A DNA stretch of 64,000 nucleotides from Felis catus. Taxonomy: Eukaryota. A program made the translations under genes and the position numbers. The notes beneath the pieces are model-generated. The model searched no databases, was not told where the DNA came from, and saw nothing but the letters and a program-made list of their open reading frames with translations. Positions 25,540 through 39,500 of this stretch are shown one piece after another. The stretch covers positions 218,738,001 through 218,802,000 of the forward strand of contig NC_058368.1 in assembly GCF_018350175.1 (NCBI RefSeq), in the 5' to 3' direction. Position 1 is the stretch's first letter. Each line of letters opens with the position of its first letter.

Positions 25540-25809
25540 AAAATGCCCTTATTGGTTTAGGACTAATAAATGAAGAGATTTAAAAAATTAGTATGATAGT
25601 AAAAATAGTACTACAAAGAACAGTAAGGAATAATAAATAAGTAATATGTGCAATATTCTTATTGGACTTAAAATATTGCTTGAAAAAGTTAATACATATG
25701 ATTAGAAAAATAACTGTTAAACAGGTTAAGTTAAATATATGATCATATATTACAATAATAAAAAAATTTAAGGTTCCAAATACCAAAGAACATTTAAATA
25801 ACTAGAAGA

Positions 25810-26038
25810 GGGGCGCCCGGGTGGCGCAGTCGGTTAAGCGTCCAACTTCAGCCAGGTCACGATCTCACGGTCAGTGAGTTTGAGTCCCGCGTCGGGCTCT
25901 GGGCTGATGGCCCAGAGCCTGTAGCCTGTTTCCGATTCTGTGTCTCCCTCTCTCTCTGCCCCTCCCCCGTTCATGCTCTGTCTCGCTCTGTCCCAAAAAT
26001 AAAAAAAAATTAAAAAAATTTAAAAAAAGTTGAAAAAA
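25810..26038 (+). mobile_element. Young SINEC_Fc
   Basis: Perfect 14-bp TSD AAATAACTAGAAGA; CpG-rich. Confidence 0.97.
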
Positions 26039-26944
26039 AAATAACTAGAAGAATGTGTTTATTTTGCTCAGTGTTGGAAAGAGGAATGAACATCACTATA
26101 GTTACTCCAAAATTTAAGTATATGAATACTGAATTGACTCTTCATGATTCAGATAATTCTTGACACAGTAAAAATTCATTTATGGCACTTCATTTGGTCA
26201 GGTAGAGAAAGGTTAATGTAATGACATAAACTGAGGTGGTTGGCAATACATATAATCAACATTTATTATCTATATGGCTGATGTATGCAATATACTTCTT
26301 CAGTTTTATGTTCTAAAGTATTCTAGTGAACTACTTCCAAGAGCATATATGTTCCTATTGTCCTTGTGTTAATAGTGTCATAGATTTTTTTTTAAAATAA
26401 CTAGCCCTTGCCTGAAAAATAAGTGACTGTCTTTTTAATATTTGCTTGTCTGTGTCTAATGACAACAGGAAGAATTAACATTAACATAGACATGCTTGCC
26501 TGTTATATGGTCTGAATCAATACACAGATAGGTCCAAATACCACATCTACACTTTTCAAATCATAAATCAAATAAATTATTTGATGAAAAAATATATCCT
26601 GCCTCTTATATTGACAAATATACCTTCAAAATGACTTACAGAGGTAGGTTTGGATCTAGAGCTCTTAGGCTTTGTGGAGTTCTACAATGCATTGAATTAG
26701 CACACAGAGAGTTAGGCCCATGGCTTCTCGTTTGTCCACCAAATGTGTGTTTATGACATCTCAGTTTGCATGTTCGCTGTGCCCACAGTATCACCCTCAC
26801 CCAGCAGAGTCACCACATGAGTATTGCTCAACTGCATACAATGGATACATGGGCTATTCTCCCAGAGTCAGATTCCTAATCATCAAAGGTAGTGCCATTT
26901 AGGCAGAGAATTCTGGAATCACAGATACCTGAAGCATTGCCTGG

Positions 26945-27406
26945 TATATTAGTTTACCAGGGCTTCCGTAACAAAAGTACCACAAACTGTGTAGCTTGAA
27001 CCAGAGAAATGTATTGTCATGGATCTGGGGGCTAGAAGTCTTATGCTAAGGTGTCAGTGACATTGGTTCTTTCTGAAGGTTGTGAGGGAAAATATGTTCC
27101 ATGTATCTATCCTAAAAGCTAGTGGTTTTCAGGCATTCTTTGGCTTTCTCTGGCTTGTAGATTTATATAGCTCTGATAGCTGCCTTGATGGCTACTTGGC
27201 ATTCTCCCTATGGTTGTATGTATTTGTCTCCAAATTTCCCCCTTTTTATAATACCCATCATACATGATTAGAGCCCACCCTAATGAACTCATTTTAACTT
27301 GATTTTCCTGTGAAAGCCCTATCTCCCAATAAATTCACATTCTGAAGTACTAGAGATTAGGACTTGAACATATGAATTTTAAGGAAATGCATTTCAATCT
27401 ATACCA
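26945..27406 (-). mobile_element. MaLR LTR (MLT1B/C-like)
   Basis: TATATTAGTTTACCAGGGCTTCCGTAACAAAAGTACCACAAACTG...CCCTATCTCCCAATAAATTCACATTCTGAAGTACTAG. Confidence 0.85.
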
Positions 27407-28109
27407 TCTAGAAAATGGAAGTAGGGGGCAGAACATGGTCTAGGATAAGCACAATTCTTTCGCCCTGCAAACATTTTGTTTCTCCTGGGGGGATGAAACT
27501 AAAAGAACTTCAGAGACCATCTCTGAAATGCAGAAGTGGTAATACCTATGGCCCAGGTCTGCAGATGGAATTTAAGGTAGATTATATAAATTTTACTTCA
27601 AATTTCTAAGTTCATATAGAAACCAATGCCACTTTTGTTGTGTTTTCACATTTATTATAGTAGTATAATTACATTTTATATAGAAATAAACATTCTACAA
27701 ATCAGTGTACTAAAAAGCAAAAATTTTTTTTCTTTTTAAATTTTCTAGTTACCAAAAGTTATTATTTAATATGACTTAAGAGAAACACGTATGCAGATAT
27801 TCTTGGTAAGCACATTACACGTATGTATAATGCTTAATATGTAGAATTTAAAATTATTTTCTGGTATATATGAATACTAACTTTTGTTGTCTTGACATCG
27901 TTATATTTCTTCATAAAATAAGAGTACTCTCCATTTTTAAACTCTGTCAAAATGTCAAAACCAAAACAAAAAAATCACAAGGGGGCACTGAAATATTTAG
28001 ATGATTTTCTACAGATGTTCATTAGTTCTTTAACTTGGCTCTTTTCCTTGTTCTTTCCCAGACCCTATATTTTCCGAGACCATATATTTTGTCTGAAAGA
28101 CAAAATCAA

Positions 28110-28172
28110 AATAATATTACACAATATGTTAACTAACTGGAATTTAAATAAAAACTTGAAACTAAAAAAAAA
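28110..28172 (+). mobile_element. Very short carnivore L1 3' terminus
   Basis: TATGTTAACTAACTGGAATTTAAATAAAAACTTGAAA followed by an A tail. Confidence 0.8.
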
Positions 28173-28629
28173 AATGCAAAGAAAGATCAAACCAGGCATA
28201 CACTGACAATTTACTTCTTCTAGGAGAATATCTGGTTTAATCTCATCACATATACATCTCCCCACACACATAGCCACACATATATATGTACTCATATATG
28301 TATGTGTATGTACACAGATATGTGTGTATAAATATGTATATGGATGTGTGTGTGTGTATATATGCATGTGTGTATAAAATCTCAGTCATTCCATGAAGAC
28401 CTGGCCTCATAGGTCCTATCTCCTTACCTAGAATGTCTTCCCAGTCTGTCTCTAACTTCCTCTACTCTGATTTAGTCTTCCATCTCTACCAAACTATACA
28501 GGTACATGTACTATAGTCTCATCAGCAAACTCCCCATAAATTAAGTCTTTTTTGAAAGTTTATCCCATCCCTGTAATGAAACATAGCTGTCTCTTTAGAA
28601 CACTGTTTTTGTTTCCCCTGTAAAGATCA

Positions 28630-29068
28630 TTTTACAAACTCCATTACAGAGAAGTGGACAGGGTGAATACGAACAAGATTGATTGAAGGGAAATGCCTGT
28701 CACGGAAAATAGAGAAGGAGCTAAAATAAAGTGTGAAGAGTCATCAGATCATGAGTTCAGTCTTAAGAAGAATAGAAGGGAGAAATGGAATGAAGGAAAG
28801 ATAAGAAGGCAAGAAAGAATAAAGGGTTTGAAGGTAATCTGTTTAGTCAGTTGGCTTTTTAGTTCAAAGAAATTATCAGCAAGCTCATGGGGAATCTTGA
28901 AACAAATGTCACCCTTCAGTGAAGTGCATACATTGTCATTGGCTGGGAACAGCATGTGTTCAGAGTGGCTCTGGTGCTGATGTGGCGATGGATTTCAGAG
29001 CATAGCAGCTGAGCCTAGCAGTCAGTCCTGCAACAGGAGATGTGAGAAGTACATTTTCATAACTCCGT
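28630..29068 (-). mobile_element. ERVL LTR16-like remnant
   Basis: GGGAAATGCCTGTCA...CATCAGATCATGA...CAACAGGAGATGTGAG pattern. Confidence 0.55.
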
Positions 29069-31461
29069 GTTCCTCTTGCTTAGTATAGTTTCCTTTTTTC
29101 GAGGGTATTTGGAAAACTCCAACCTTAGTTTTCATTACCTATCTATATCCTTAGGGGGTACTTTTGTATCTTTCTGATTTTGAGGTATTTGATTGCCCTA
29201 TGATGCAATCCTAGGCATTTTATCTTCTCTGTCTTCACTTCCTGGAAAAGTTTATTCAGCCCTATGAGTAAAATATGCAGAGGGTGATATTTGTGCATAT
29301 CCAGCCTGGTCTCTAACCTGCATTTGTACTTGTTTTGCTGTGTTATAACCTTATTTAAATCACAACTGTGCACCTCAAACAGAAAGGAAATCTCTTTCTT
29401 CTTCCTTTTGGCCTCTAGTCAACATTGAGACATCCTTATCACTCTCGCAAGGACTAAGCAGAGAACTTCTGCATTTATCCAGGATAGAATAACGTATTCC
29501 AGACTAGCCCTTCCATAATAAATAATTATCAAACCATATAAAAATATTCAAGCAGGAATCACTCATCAGAGACTTGTGAACCTCTCAGGAGTAGGTCTGC
29601 TTTAATATCCCTGGTATTGGAAAACAGACATACAACATTGTGATTCCTGAGACAAGGGAGATGTATTTAGTAAGCACCACAGTCATTGGATCCTCTTCCT
29701 CGGGATGATGTTTTCCTCTGGCCAAGCAAGCTGACATCCATAAAGAGCTAGAGCCAGAGTGAATTAAGACAGCAGAAAATGGAACTCAGGGTCATTGATA
29801 CAACTATAATATGTGATTAAAGACAATGGAAAAAGTGGTCTGAAAAGGAGGTGTGACAAAAATTTCCCACAAATCCTTGGCTGAGTTTTAGGCTGCAGAC
29901 ATTCCAGGAAAGTTTGCCTCAGCTAGTTTACCCACAGTGGCTGCTATGACGTTGAGAATAGAATAGAAGTAAAAGAACCTAAGAGGAGCAGAATAGTGTA
30001 GCCAGAGCAGAAACGAGAAACTTTGTTAACTACTAATGAACTCTGTAGGCATGGGTTTGAGATACCTATAATACTGCTTAGACATAAGAATGAAGCTCTA
30101 GGAAAGTCTACTCTGGTTCACCCTAATAAGAACTAAAGGGAACCCAAACTGGGGAGTTTAATGTCACTAAGTTAGGGAAGCTTGGGAACCTTGATCCTTC
30201 TATAAAGCCACCATTTCATAGAATGGCACTTGGCCTAAACAAGTTCAAGAACAACAGCAAATAACTGAACTCTCTTCTGGAACACAAAAACCAATATTCC
30301 TTCAAGGAACATAATACAATTAAAATCTATGCAATGAACCATGTGCAATGCCAATTACACAAAATTAAAAATAATAGCAATAATAATAATTATAATAATT
30401 GTCATTAGTGAAGATGAGACTAAGGAGACATGACTATTAAATGTAGGGTGGTACCATGAATAGGATCCTGGAACAGAAAGGGGGTATTAGGAAAAACAAA
30501 TAAGACAAAATAATTTATTGGCTTTAAGTTCTAACCTAAAAAGATCACTATTGTTTAATTAATTATGACAAATGTGCCATACTAATATGAGACATTAACA
30601 ATTGAGGATATCAGATGTAAGTTTAAGGAAATATTTTCTACTATCTAAACTTTTCCATAGATATAAAAATATATTTTTAACAATGTTTATTAAAATGTAA
30701 TTACTAGACCTGGGAGTAAACTAGAATTTGTGACCTGAATTTAAAAAACACAACTCATAACAGAGGGCCAGACATTAGAATTAGAGCACAAAATTTAAAT
30801 GTGTTATTATAAATCAGTTCAAGTAAAACAAGTGTTCAACAAATGAAAGGTAAACAATTAATGAATAGTTTACTCAAATAAAAAGGATATTTCAGCCACA
30901 ATAGTAAAAGTGTGAATTAAAAAGAAGTGGAAATTCAAGAGCTAAAAATTATATTCATTAAAATGAAAAATTAACTGAATTGTCTTGAGATCAGACTGGA
31001 GATGATAGAATAGTCAGCAAATCTGAAGAAAGATCAAAAGAAATGCTCTAATCTCAAAATAGATTTAAAAAATGAAGAATTATGAACTTATGCTCAGTTA
31101 TTTATGAGATAATACCAAGTATTTTAATGTCTGTGTAATTGAAATCCTACATGAGGAAGAAATTAAGATCCTAAGGTGGAAAATATTTGAGGAAATTATG
31201 GTAAAAAATCCCTAAATTTGGTGAAACAAGGTGTCATATGTAAAAAGTTAAGCAAACCCAACATAAAAAATACTAATTAAACCACATTCTGACATTTTAG
31301 ACTTAAACTACTACAAGTGAGAGACAAGAAATAAACCTTGAAAACAGCCAGAGGAAAAAAATACCAAGAAACAGGCACAAAAAACAAAAATGCAGGAAAA
31401 TTTTGAAAAATTACTTCCTTCAGAAATAATGTAGAGCAGAAGGTATTGGAATGATATATTT

Positions 31462-31683
31462 ATTTTCTATTTTTTTATTATTTTAATTATTTTTATTTTA
31501 GAGTGAGAGAGAAGGTATCAGCAAGGGAGAGGAGCAGGGCAAGGAGAGAGAGAGTGAGAGAGGGAGAGAATTTCAAGCAGGCTCCACACTCAGCTCAGAA
31601 CGTGATGCAGGCCTCTGTCCCATGACCCAAGTATCACAACCTGAGCTAAAATCACTCAACCAACTGAACCACCCAGGCGCCCC
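31462..31683 (-). mobile_element. SINEC
   Basis: Antisense copy ending CCACCCAGGCGCCCC. Confidence 0.9.
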
Positions 31684-31774
31684 TGGCATGACATTTTTAA
31701 AGTACTGAAAAATAAAAAAAATAAAAGTAATTGAATTTCAACTAGGACCATACTTTTTAAAATTAATTATGTGA

Positions 31775-31962
31775 TTTTTTTAAAATGTATTTAGCATGAG
31801 CGGGGAGGGGAGGGGCAGAGAGATAGGGAGAGAGAGAGAGAATCCCAAGCAGGTTCTACCCTGTCAGCCTGAGGTGTAGCTCAATCCCAGGAACTATGAG
31901 ATCATGACCTGAGCCAAAATCTAGGGTCAGAGTCTTAACTGACTGAGACACCCAGGTCCCCC
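31775..31962 (-). mobile_element. SINEC
   Basis: Antisense copy; degenerate TSD ATGTGA(T/A)TTTT. Confidence 0.9.
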
Positions 31963-32109
31963 TGATGTGAATTTTAAAAGTGTAAATTTTTATCATTATT
32001 AGCTCTAAATAAACTTTGATAAGTGCACATGCTGATAAGCTTAGAACACCTATGGACAGAGTAATAAAAATAAGCTGGTCTAAGATGTCAATAGGAGAAA
32101 TCACATCGA

Positions 32110-32281
32110 GGGACGCCTGTGTGGCTTAGCTGGTTAAGCCTGCTCGGGTCATGATCTCATGGTTTGTGAGTTCAAGCCCCACATCAGGCTCTGTGCTGAC
32201 AGCTCAGAGCCTAGAGCCTGCTTTGGATTCTGTGTCTCCCTGTCTGTCTTCTCCTCCCCCACTCACGCTTTCTCCTCTCTC

Positions 32282-32312
<31 letters not shown>

Positions 32313-32335
32313 AAAAATAAATAAACATTAAAAAA
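32110..32335 (+). mobile_element. SINEC
   Basis: Sense copy; degenerate TSD AGGAGAAA(T/C)CA(C/A)AT. Confidence 0.92.
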
Positions 32336-32934
32336 AGGAGAAACCAAATTGAATAGTAAAGTAAAATAAATAAATAACTCAAATTTAGTCAGAAAGGAAA
32401 TGAGATAAAAAAAAATAGGGTGAATGCAAATCATATAGCAAGATCACATACTGAAATCTAGTCACAATAATGGCCTTAGACATCAATGGACTAAACAGTT
32501 TAATTAATTGACCAAAATTGTTAAATTGGGTAAGAAATCGACCCTGAATAATATGTTGCTTAGAAGATATACACTTTAATCATAAAACACAAAAGGCTGA
32601 AATAAAAATGCAAATTGTAAACATAAATTCTCCAAGCTGTTCTTTATCTGAAAATATATTTATTTTGCTCTCATTTATGTTGCTCCAGGATCCAAATAGG
32701 TCACAACTACAATGTGTTTAGACTCCACTAGCTGTAAACAGAATGTAAAATATGCTTTTCAATAGTCAGACCACAGCAAATATTGCTCATGTTCTGTGCC
32801 TTCCCTTTTTTTCTTTTTTAGCTAGAATCAATTACTTATGCTTTCTCTCCTCATTCTTTTAAATTTTAACAGGCAATAATTTATTTCTCACATAATAGCA
32901 ATGGGAGTGAGTGAGTTTCTATATAACTACTTTA

Positions 32935-33174
32935 TTTTTTTTTCAACGTTTTTTGTTTTGTTTTTTTTTTTTGTTTTGTTTTTTTTTTTGGGACAGAGAG
33001 AAACAGAGCATGAACGGGGGAGGGGCAGAGAGAGAGGGAGACACAGCATCGGAAACAGGCTCCAGACTCCGAGCCATCAGCCCAGAGCCTGACGCGGGGC
33101 TCCAACTCACCAACTGTGAGATTGTGACCTGGCTGAAGTCGGACGCCTAACCGACTGCGCCACCCAGGCGCCCC
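32935..33174 (-). mobile_element. Young SINEC_Fc
   Basis: Perfect TSD TCTATATAACTACTTTA. Confidence 0.97.
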
Positions 33175-33400
33175 TCTATATAACTACTTTATACTGAAGT
33201 TTGTTCTAATGTGCCATACCAATATTTACAATCTAGGTTCTGCATTAGACTCACCTAGTAGCTTTGGGAAAATAGATTTATGGTATACTGTGTGTATGTG
33301 TGTGTGGTCCGGGAGTGCTGGGGGTATGGGAAAACAAGGAATATGGGTTTTAAATGTTCCTTAAGTAATACTTGTTGTACAACTTATCTTTAAACTGGTG

Positions 33401-33624
33401 GGTTTTTTTTTTAATTTTTTTAACGTTTATTTATTTTTGAGACAGAGAGAGACAGAGCATGAACAGGGGAGGGGCAGAGAGAGAGGGAGACACATAATCT
33501 TAAACAGGCTCCAGGCTCCAAGTCGTCAGCCCAGAGCCCGACACGGGGCTCGAACCCACGGACCATGAGATCATGACCTGAGCCAAAGTCGGATGCTTAA
33601 CCAACCGAGCCACCCAGGCGCCCC
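33401..33624 (-). mobile_element. SINEC_Fc-like
   Basis: TSD TAAACTGGTG. Confidence 0.96.
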
Positions 33625-35640
33625 TAAACTGGTGTTTGGAAGCCACTATAATTTAACAATGAAATAAATATACAAATTCAGTGAGATAGTATATTGAGAT
33701 AAAATATTTTATTAAGTAACATGCTGAAAAAATATGGATTTAACAAAACAAGCACCTACCCAGTGAATAATTCAGACTTAATAGAGACTAAGGTAATACT
33801 GCATTTGTTAAAGTCCACATATCAGACGGTGTAGAAAAAAGTATTTTGAAACTATAACAAAAATACGGCAATCACTGAGCTTGCTTTTCAGAGTAAGACT
33901 TGAAATCGTTCAAAACACTGTTTTCACCCTCTTTTAAAATGAAACAGTCCTTAGTGATTTGAATGAGCTAGATAGCAATTGTTCTCAGAAATTAGAAGTC
34001 TTTGTAGTTGTCAGATAGAATAAACACAATTCCTGATGGAGTGGCTAAGTGACAACAGCCACCTTTTATTCATTACATTACCAGAAGATACCCAGTGAAT
34101 GATAAGTTTTCAATCCTGAACCTGCATCGTTATTTAAAAACATGAAAAACGGACGTCTTATGAAGTTCTTAGCAGTAATGATGCTTGTCCCTGTGATGAT
34201 AGAAAAAGCCAAGCAACAGCAAGGTGCTCCTTTTGGCGAGGAGGATTATGATTGAAGAAGGAACACATCAGGGCTTTTATAAACCTGATAGAGGGATTAC
34301 TTGAACTGTAGAAAATAATGGAGTGTTAGCCATCACGATACTCCTACTTGATTTGCTGAGACTTAGAGGGCACTACTAAAATCGTTATCACGCAATACAT
34401 TTCAAGTTACATAATATTCAAAATTGAGTTTTTCCTTTTGGATCAAAAAATATAAAACACTAACCAACAATGAGATGTAATTTGCAAAATATAAATGAAA
34501 ATGAAGATCTCTTAAGGTATGTTTATAGCATTCTGTGTGCATTATACTATTATTAACTGGTTATAATTAACCAGTTCAATTTCTGTAACTGGTTATAGTC
34601 CGTAACCAGTTAAATATCAAATATCAAATAATGAAAGTATGAATAAAAGTAATGCTATTCTGATTCAGTCAATGAAAATATTATTTGAACCTATATATTT
34701 TTCAAATTTGTTAATGGAAAGATTAGTAAGATCTAAGATGTTCACTATCAAAGCAATAAATCTGAGAGTTTCCTAATCTCTATATAGATAACAGGTATAA
34801 CCAGTAGAGTACCAAGCAAATTTAAGTAGTTCTTATTTGTTAAATCCAAACATCACTCAAAATAAAATTCTTACAATCATGGGACTATTCTACTAAAGGA
34901 AGTGGACTTACGTGAACTTGTAACGTTACTGCAGAATGAAATAAGATTTCAGAGAACTTTCTTGCTTTGTTTTAAGGAAAAATATATAGGTAGAAAGCAA
35001 CATATAATGCAGTAAGGGTCAGTTTCAGAAACAATCTAAATACAGATTCTGCCACTTGGAAGCATGTTGTTGTGTAAAAGTTATTAAACCTCTCTAAGAT
35101 TTAACTCCTTATCTTTAAATCATAATACTCATCTAAAATAGCTAATATTCCAGACACATTATTCTCAGTCAACAAATGTTTATATTTTTATCAATGAACT
35201 TTCAACAATATTATATTATTGTGGTTTATTGCTAATGCCTAATTTTAAAAGTAGTGTTTATTACTAGGGAGAATCAAATGGCTGAATAATGAAATCTATA
35301 TTCTTGAGTGGAAAAGGTGTGTCTGCTTATAATGTTCCAAAATACTTCAGAAACTACAGAAAAAATAGGGTATCATGTTGCTGTCTAAGCCAAATCCAGG
35401 TTCTGAATTTATATAAATTAAATATTTTCATGTTTGTATCCAACATCTTAAGTACACTGCCTAAAACTAATACTGACCTGTTTCATTTTAGTGATGTCAC
35501 TACAAATTTATGTATGCAAAATTGTGATACATGAAAAATAAGCAAAGTTACATATGCTATGTCTCCTTTTATGTGATTTAATCAGGGGATTCTTCTGTGT
35601 ATGCTTGAAGAAAATGTGCATTCTATTTTTCTTGGAGGGT

Positions 35641-35854
35641 ATTTTTTTTTAAGTTTATTTATTTTGAGAGAGAGAGAGAGAGCACGAGTGAGTGCACAAG
35701 AAGCAAGCAGGAGAGGGTCAGAGAGAAGGAGAGACAGAATCCCAAGCAGGCTGTGCAACATCAGTGCAGAGCCCAATGTAGGGCTTGAACTCAAAAACTG
35801 TGCGATCATGACCTGAGCTGAGATCAAGAGTCGACTGAGCCACCCAGGCGTCCC
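35641..35854 (-). mobile_element. SINEC
   Basis: Antisense copy. Confidence 0.92.
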
Positions 35855-35984
35855 TGGAATGTTTTATATGTACCTTTTAGAACCATGTATTCTGAAGTAT
35901 ACTACAAGTAAAAATGTTCTTGTTGAAAAAGAAAAAAAAACAACACTAAATCTAACTGAGATACTAATTTAAAATAAAGCATAT

Positions 35985-36165
35985 CAGAGGGGATGTGGGG
36001 GGAGGGATGGGTGAAACAGGTGAAGGGGATTAGAAGTGCACTTATGAGCACTGAGTAATGATATTGAATAACTGTATTGTACATTTGAAACTAATATAAC
36101 ACTGTATGTTAACTGTACTGGAATTACAATTAAAAACTTAATAAAAATGCTAATCTTAAAAAAAG
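35985..36165 (+). mobile_element. Carnivore L1 3' end
   Basis: G-rich tract then GAAACTAATATAACACTGTATGTTAAC...GGAATT...AATAAAA. Confidence 0.85.
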
Positions 36166-36309
36166 AAATTACACATTTGAGGTTATATAAATTAGAAAAA
36201 ATGCTGTTTAAAACCACAATTATTATTTTTTTAAATTTCTTCTATTGCATGTAACTTTGGAGAACTGACCATTTATGAGTACCATGCAGTTTGAGAAGCC
36301 ATTTATTTT

Positions 36310-36530
36310 ATTTATTTTTATTTTTTTTTCAACGTTTATTTATTTTTGGGACAGAGAGAGACAGAGCATGAACGGGGGAGGGGCAGAGAGAGGGAGACAC
36401 AGAATCGGAAACAGGCTCCAGGCTCTGAGCCATCAGCCCAGAGCCCGACGCGGGGCTCGAACTCACGGACCGCGAGATCGTGACCTGGTTGAAGTCGAAC
36501 GCTTAACCGACTGCGCCACCCAGGCGCCCC
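36310..36530 (-). mobile_element. Young SINEC_Fc
   Basis: Perfect 16-bp TSD AGAAGCCATTTATTTT; CpG-rich. Confidence 0.97.
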
Positions 36531-39500
36531 AAGAAGCCATTTATTTTGAATCCTCTTTGAACTTTCAATTTTAAGTCTTTAGCCTGATATTATCCCAACA
36601 TAATATTTAGCTTATGATAATTTTATCATGATAGTACACAGATAAGTTATACATTTAAAAGGCAACTGTAGTTTTGTTATTTTCTTTATAAAAAGTGTGA
36701 TTAAATTCACTAAAAAAGGACTCTCCTTTATTTAAAAGGTACTTACATATATCACCATTACAAATGACTGCTTTCATGTGTGTTAGAAATATAGCTATTT
36801 AATACTGTCTCTTACATTATCAAAAAATATTTTTTTTCAAAGACTCAAGCCATAATAATGATTAAAATAGTGGGGATAGTGGTTGGAATGGGTCACAAAG
36901 TAGAGAAACTATGCTATTAATTTTTTTTTTTTAATTTTACTATTTCAAGTGGGGTCAACTAGCTCTGTTTATCTCTCTCTGTCTGTGTCTCTATCATATT
37001 TCAAAATTGATTTTTTCACATTTATTATAATTCATTATCTAAAATACTAAGTAAGAAACATCAGCTCTTTGAACTTTGTCAGAAATACATATTTCATTAC
37101 TGAGAAATTATTTGAATATATTGCTAACATTTATTCAAGACATATCTTGGATGTAAGCTGGTTTAAATTAGGATGTATTTGAACACCAGCACACTGATTT
37201 TTTTTCCACATCACTCCCAGCCTCTGTTTCACATTCACTGGCATTTCCCATTTCCCCCCTTTCCTGTGCAATGGCCATGTTTCTGAGGAATAGTTATAGT
37301 TAATAAGCAAACACAAAGCACCATCATTCTAAAGACAAAACTTACTCTCGGTGTCTTTTACTAAGAAGAGAAAATAATTGCTAGTGACAGTCATTGCCTG
37401 ACTTGAACTACTCTTGGTATTCCTAGGGCATTTTTTTTCTTATCTATTCTTCCAATCTCGTGTCTAGCTTAAAACAATAAAAGTGAGAAAATACATATAA
37501 TTTTCCGGATTTCGCATTTCAATTTGCAGTGATCTTTAAAAAACATCTTATTTAGTGTGATTGTTTATTGTTCTGGGAAAAATGAGATCAATGGAAAATT
37601 AAGTATTTACAATGAATCTTTAGCTCCCTTGAGTAAAAATATGTCTAGCAAAGTAGACTCACAAATTTATTAATTCCTGTTTATACATAATGATTTTAAA
37701 TGTAAATGTTAATGAGAAGGAATTTGAAAATGAAAGGTATAGTTATGGAATATTTACAGGTCTTCACAAATAAGATGGCGTTTAGGGGACAACTGGTATC
37801 TGGTACTACATCCTTTCTAGTTATATAAATAGTGATAAGCACTATCTTAATCTTTTCACACCATTGCTACATGCATTTCATATTTTATTCCTTTTCCCCC
37901 TGAACTTTAAGAACATCATGAGAGACCGAGTGTGCTTTTCCTTTTCTAATTTTGAGACAACTAGAAACGGACATCCTCATATAAATGATTCTAGGATAAT
38001 CACAGCATCTTCAATGAACAATGCACTGAAATTGACTTCACCATTGGCTCCAACAGTTAAGAACCTTCATAGTACATTGATTTTATGACTTTTCTAAAAA
38101 TTCTAAATCTTCACAATTAAGCTGACATAAATGAAAGCATGAATTTCTCATTAAAACAGTATAAATGAATTTCGCTTTCCTTTGCTTCTTAGGAAATAAG
38201 ACAAGAAATTCTATATCATAGTTTCTAAAACTTAATAAAAAAAGACTCAGATTTCTTGATAAATATGCATACAGAACTTATATGTGTGAGAATAAAATTC
38301 CTTGGAATGTGAACACTCCATATGATGGTGTTACCAAGATTTGTAGGAAAACAAATGTTCAAATTAATTCATATTTTTTTTCTGTTACATCATCTGTTAC
38401 ATTTATGTTATGTTTTACAAAGGGTCTTATGTTGGAGCAAATTCTCTTTAATAGCTAATTCTCTTTGTAGTTTCTGGCTAATTTTCTTTGATGGGGCAAG
38501 GATATTTTATAAAGCTATTTTTGATATTTTTCTACTTACCTATTTATTTTCCCCCGACTTACCATATTTTCAAAAACTTTTCTCTTTTGTCAATGTGATA
38601 TCCCTTATGCCTGTCAAGGATTTTTCTTTAAGGATCTAATATGTCAAATCCAACTTAGGGCAGCACTTGTTAAGCTAAGTCCTTACACTAGTTTCAAAGA
38701 TAATGAAGTGTTCATCAAACAAAGTGATGACAAGGGAAGGGGTGACCATTTATAGTCCCTTTCAGGTATATTTATTGACCTCAGTGACTCAAAGCAGTTC
38801 GAATCACGATTCCTGACAGCTGGGGTTTTGAGCAGCTTTTCTGAAATGCCGAATGAAACAAGGCTATGGTTTTGAGATTCATTTTTATTTTCCCTCAGGA
38901 ATAAGGTCACATTCTAAATGAAGATAAAAACACCGAGTGTCAGTGACATTTCTCCAATAGGGGGAACAAAAGTATCTAAAGAGGATTATATTTCCAAATA
39001 CACAGCTGCTGATTGCTTCAAGTTTCTAAATATTGCAGGAAAAAATATGAAAAACACATTTAAAATATTTGTAATTTTAGTTCAGTTTTCAAAATGTTTC
39101 AGAGGTGTTCTTCAACGGTATCAGTGGGGGTGGGCTTATTTGATTTTGAAAAAGGAAAATTTTGAATATACCAGAGACAGTTGACAGGCAGATCTGGTCT
39201 GGCAAGAATCTGAGTGACTCTCACCAATATGATAAATCACACCTTAATCTCTTCAACCAGGAGCCCCAGTTTCATGAAGCTTGTTCCAATTAAATGACAT
39301 TTCTTATTTATGCAGAATGTGTAAGAAGGTTTTGATACCATTCTTTGTTCAAGGCCACTTATCATTTAGAAACAGAATTGAAATGCTTTGATACACCAAG
39401 GCAGGATTAGTCCTTCCAGTGTTTACATGTAAACATAGACCTGAGCACTTATTCTGTGATAAAGGACTGACAGCACAAAGCTCCCTTTGCTAAGCAACCT

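Larger units (their letters stand above)
29500..32620 (+). mobile_element. Old L1M fragments (5'/ORF1-like plus a 3' UTR piece at about 30400-30700), interrupted by SINEs
   Basis: A-rich L1-like sense sequence; GGAGACATGACTATTAAATG...GGATCCTGGAACAGAAAG motif of L1MC/ME 3' UTRs. Confidence 0.65.

Noticed and set aside
32901..33150. Recurrent MAQSV…AQVMISRF / WDRERQSMNGGGAE ORFs
   Set aside because: Translations of SINEC sequence, not genes
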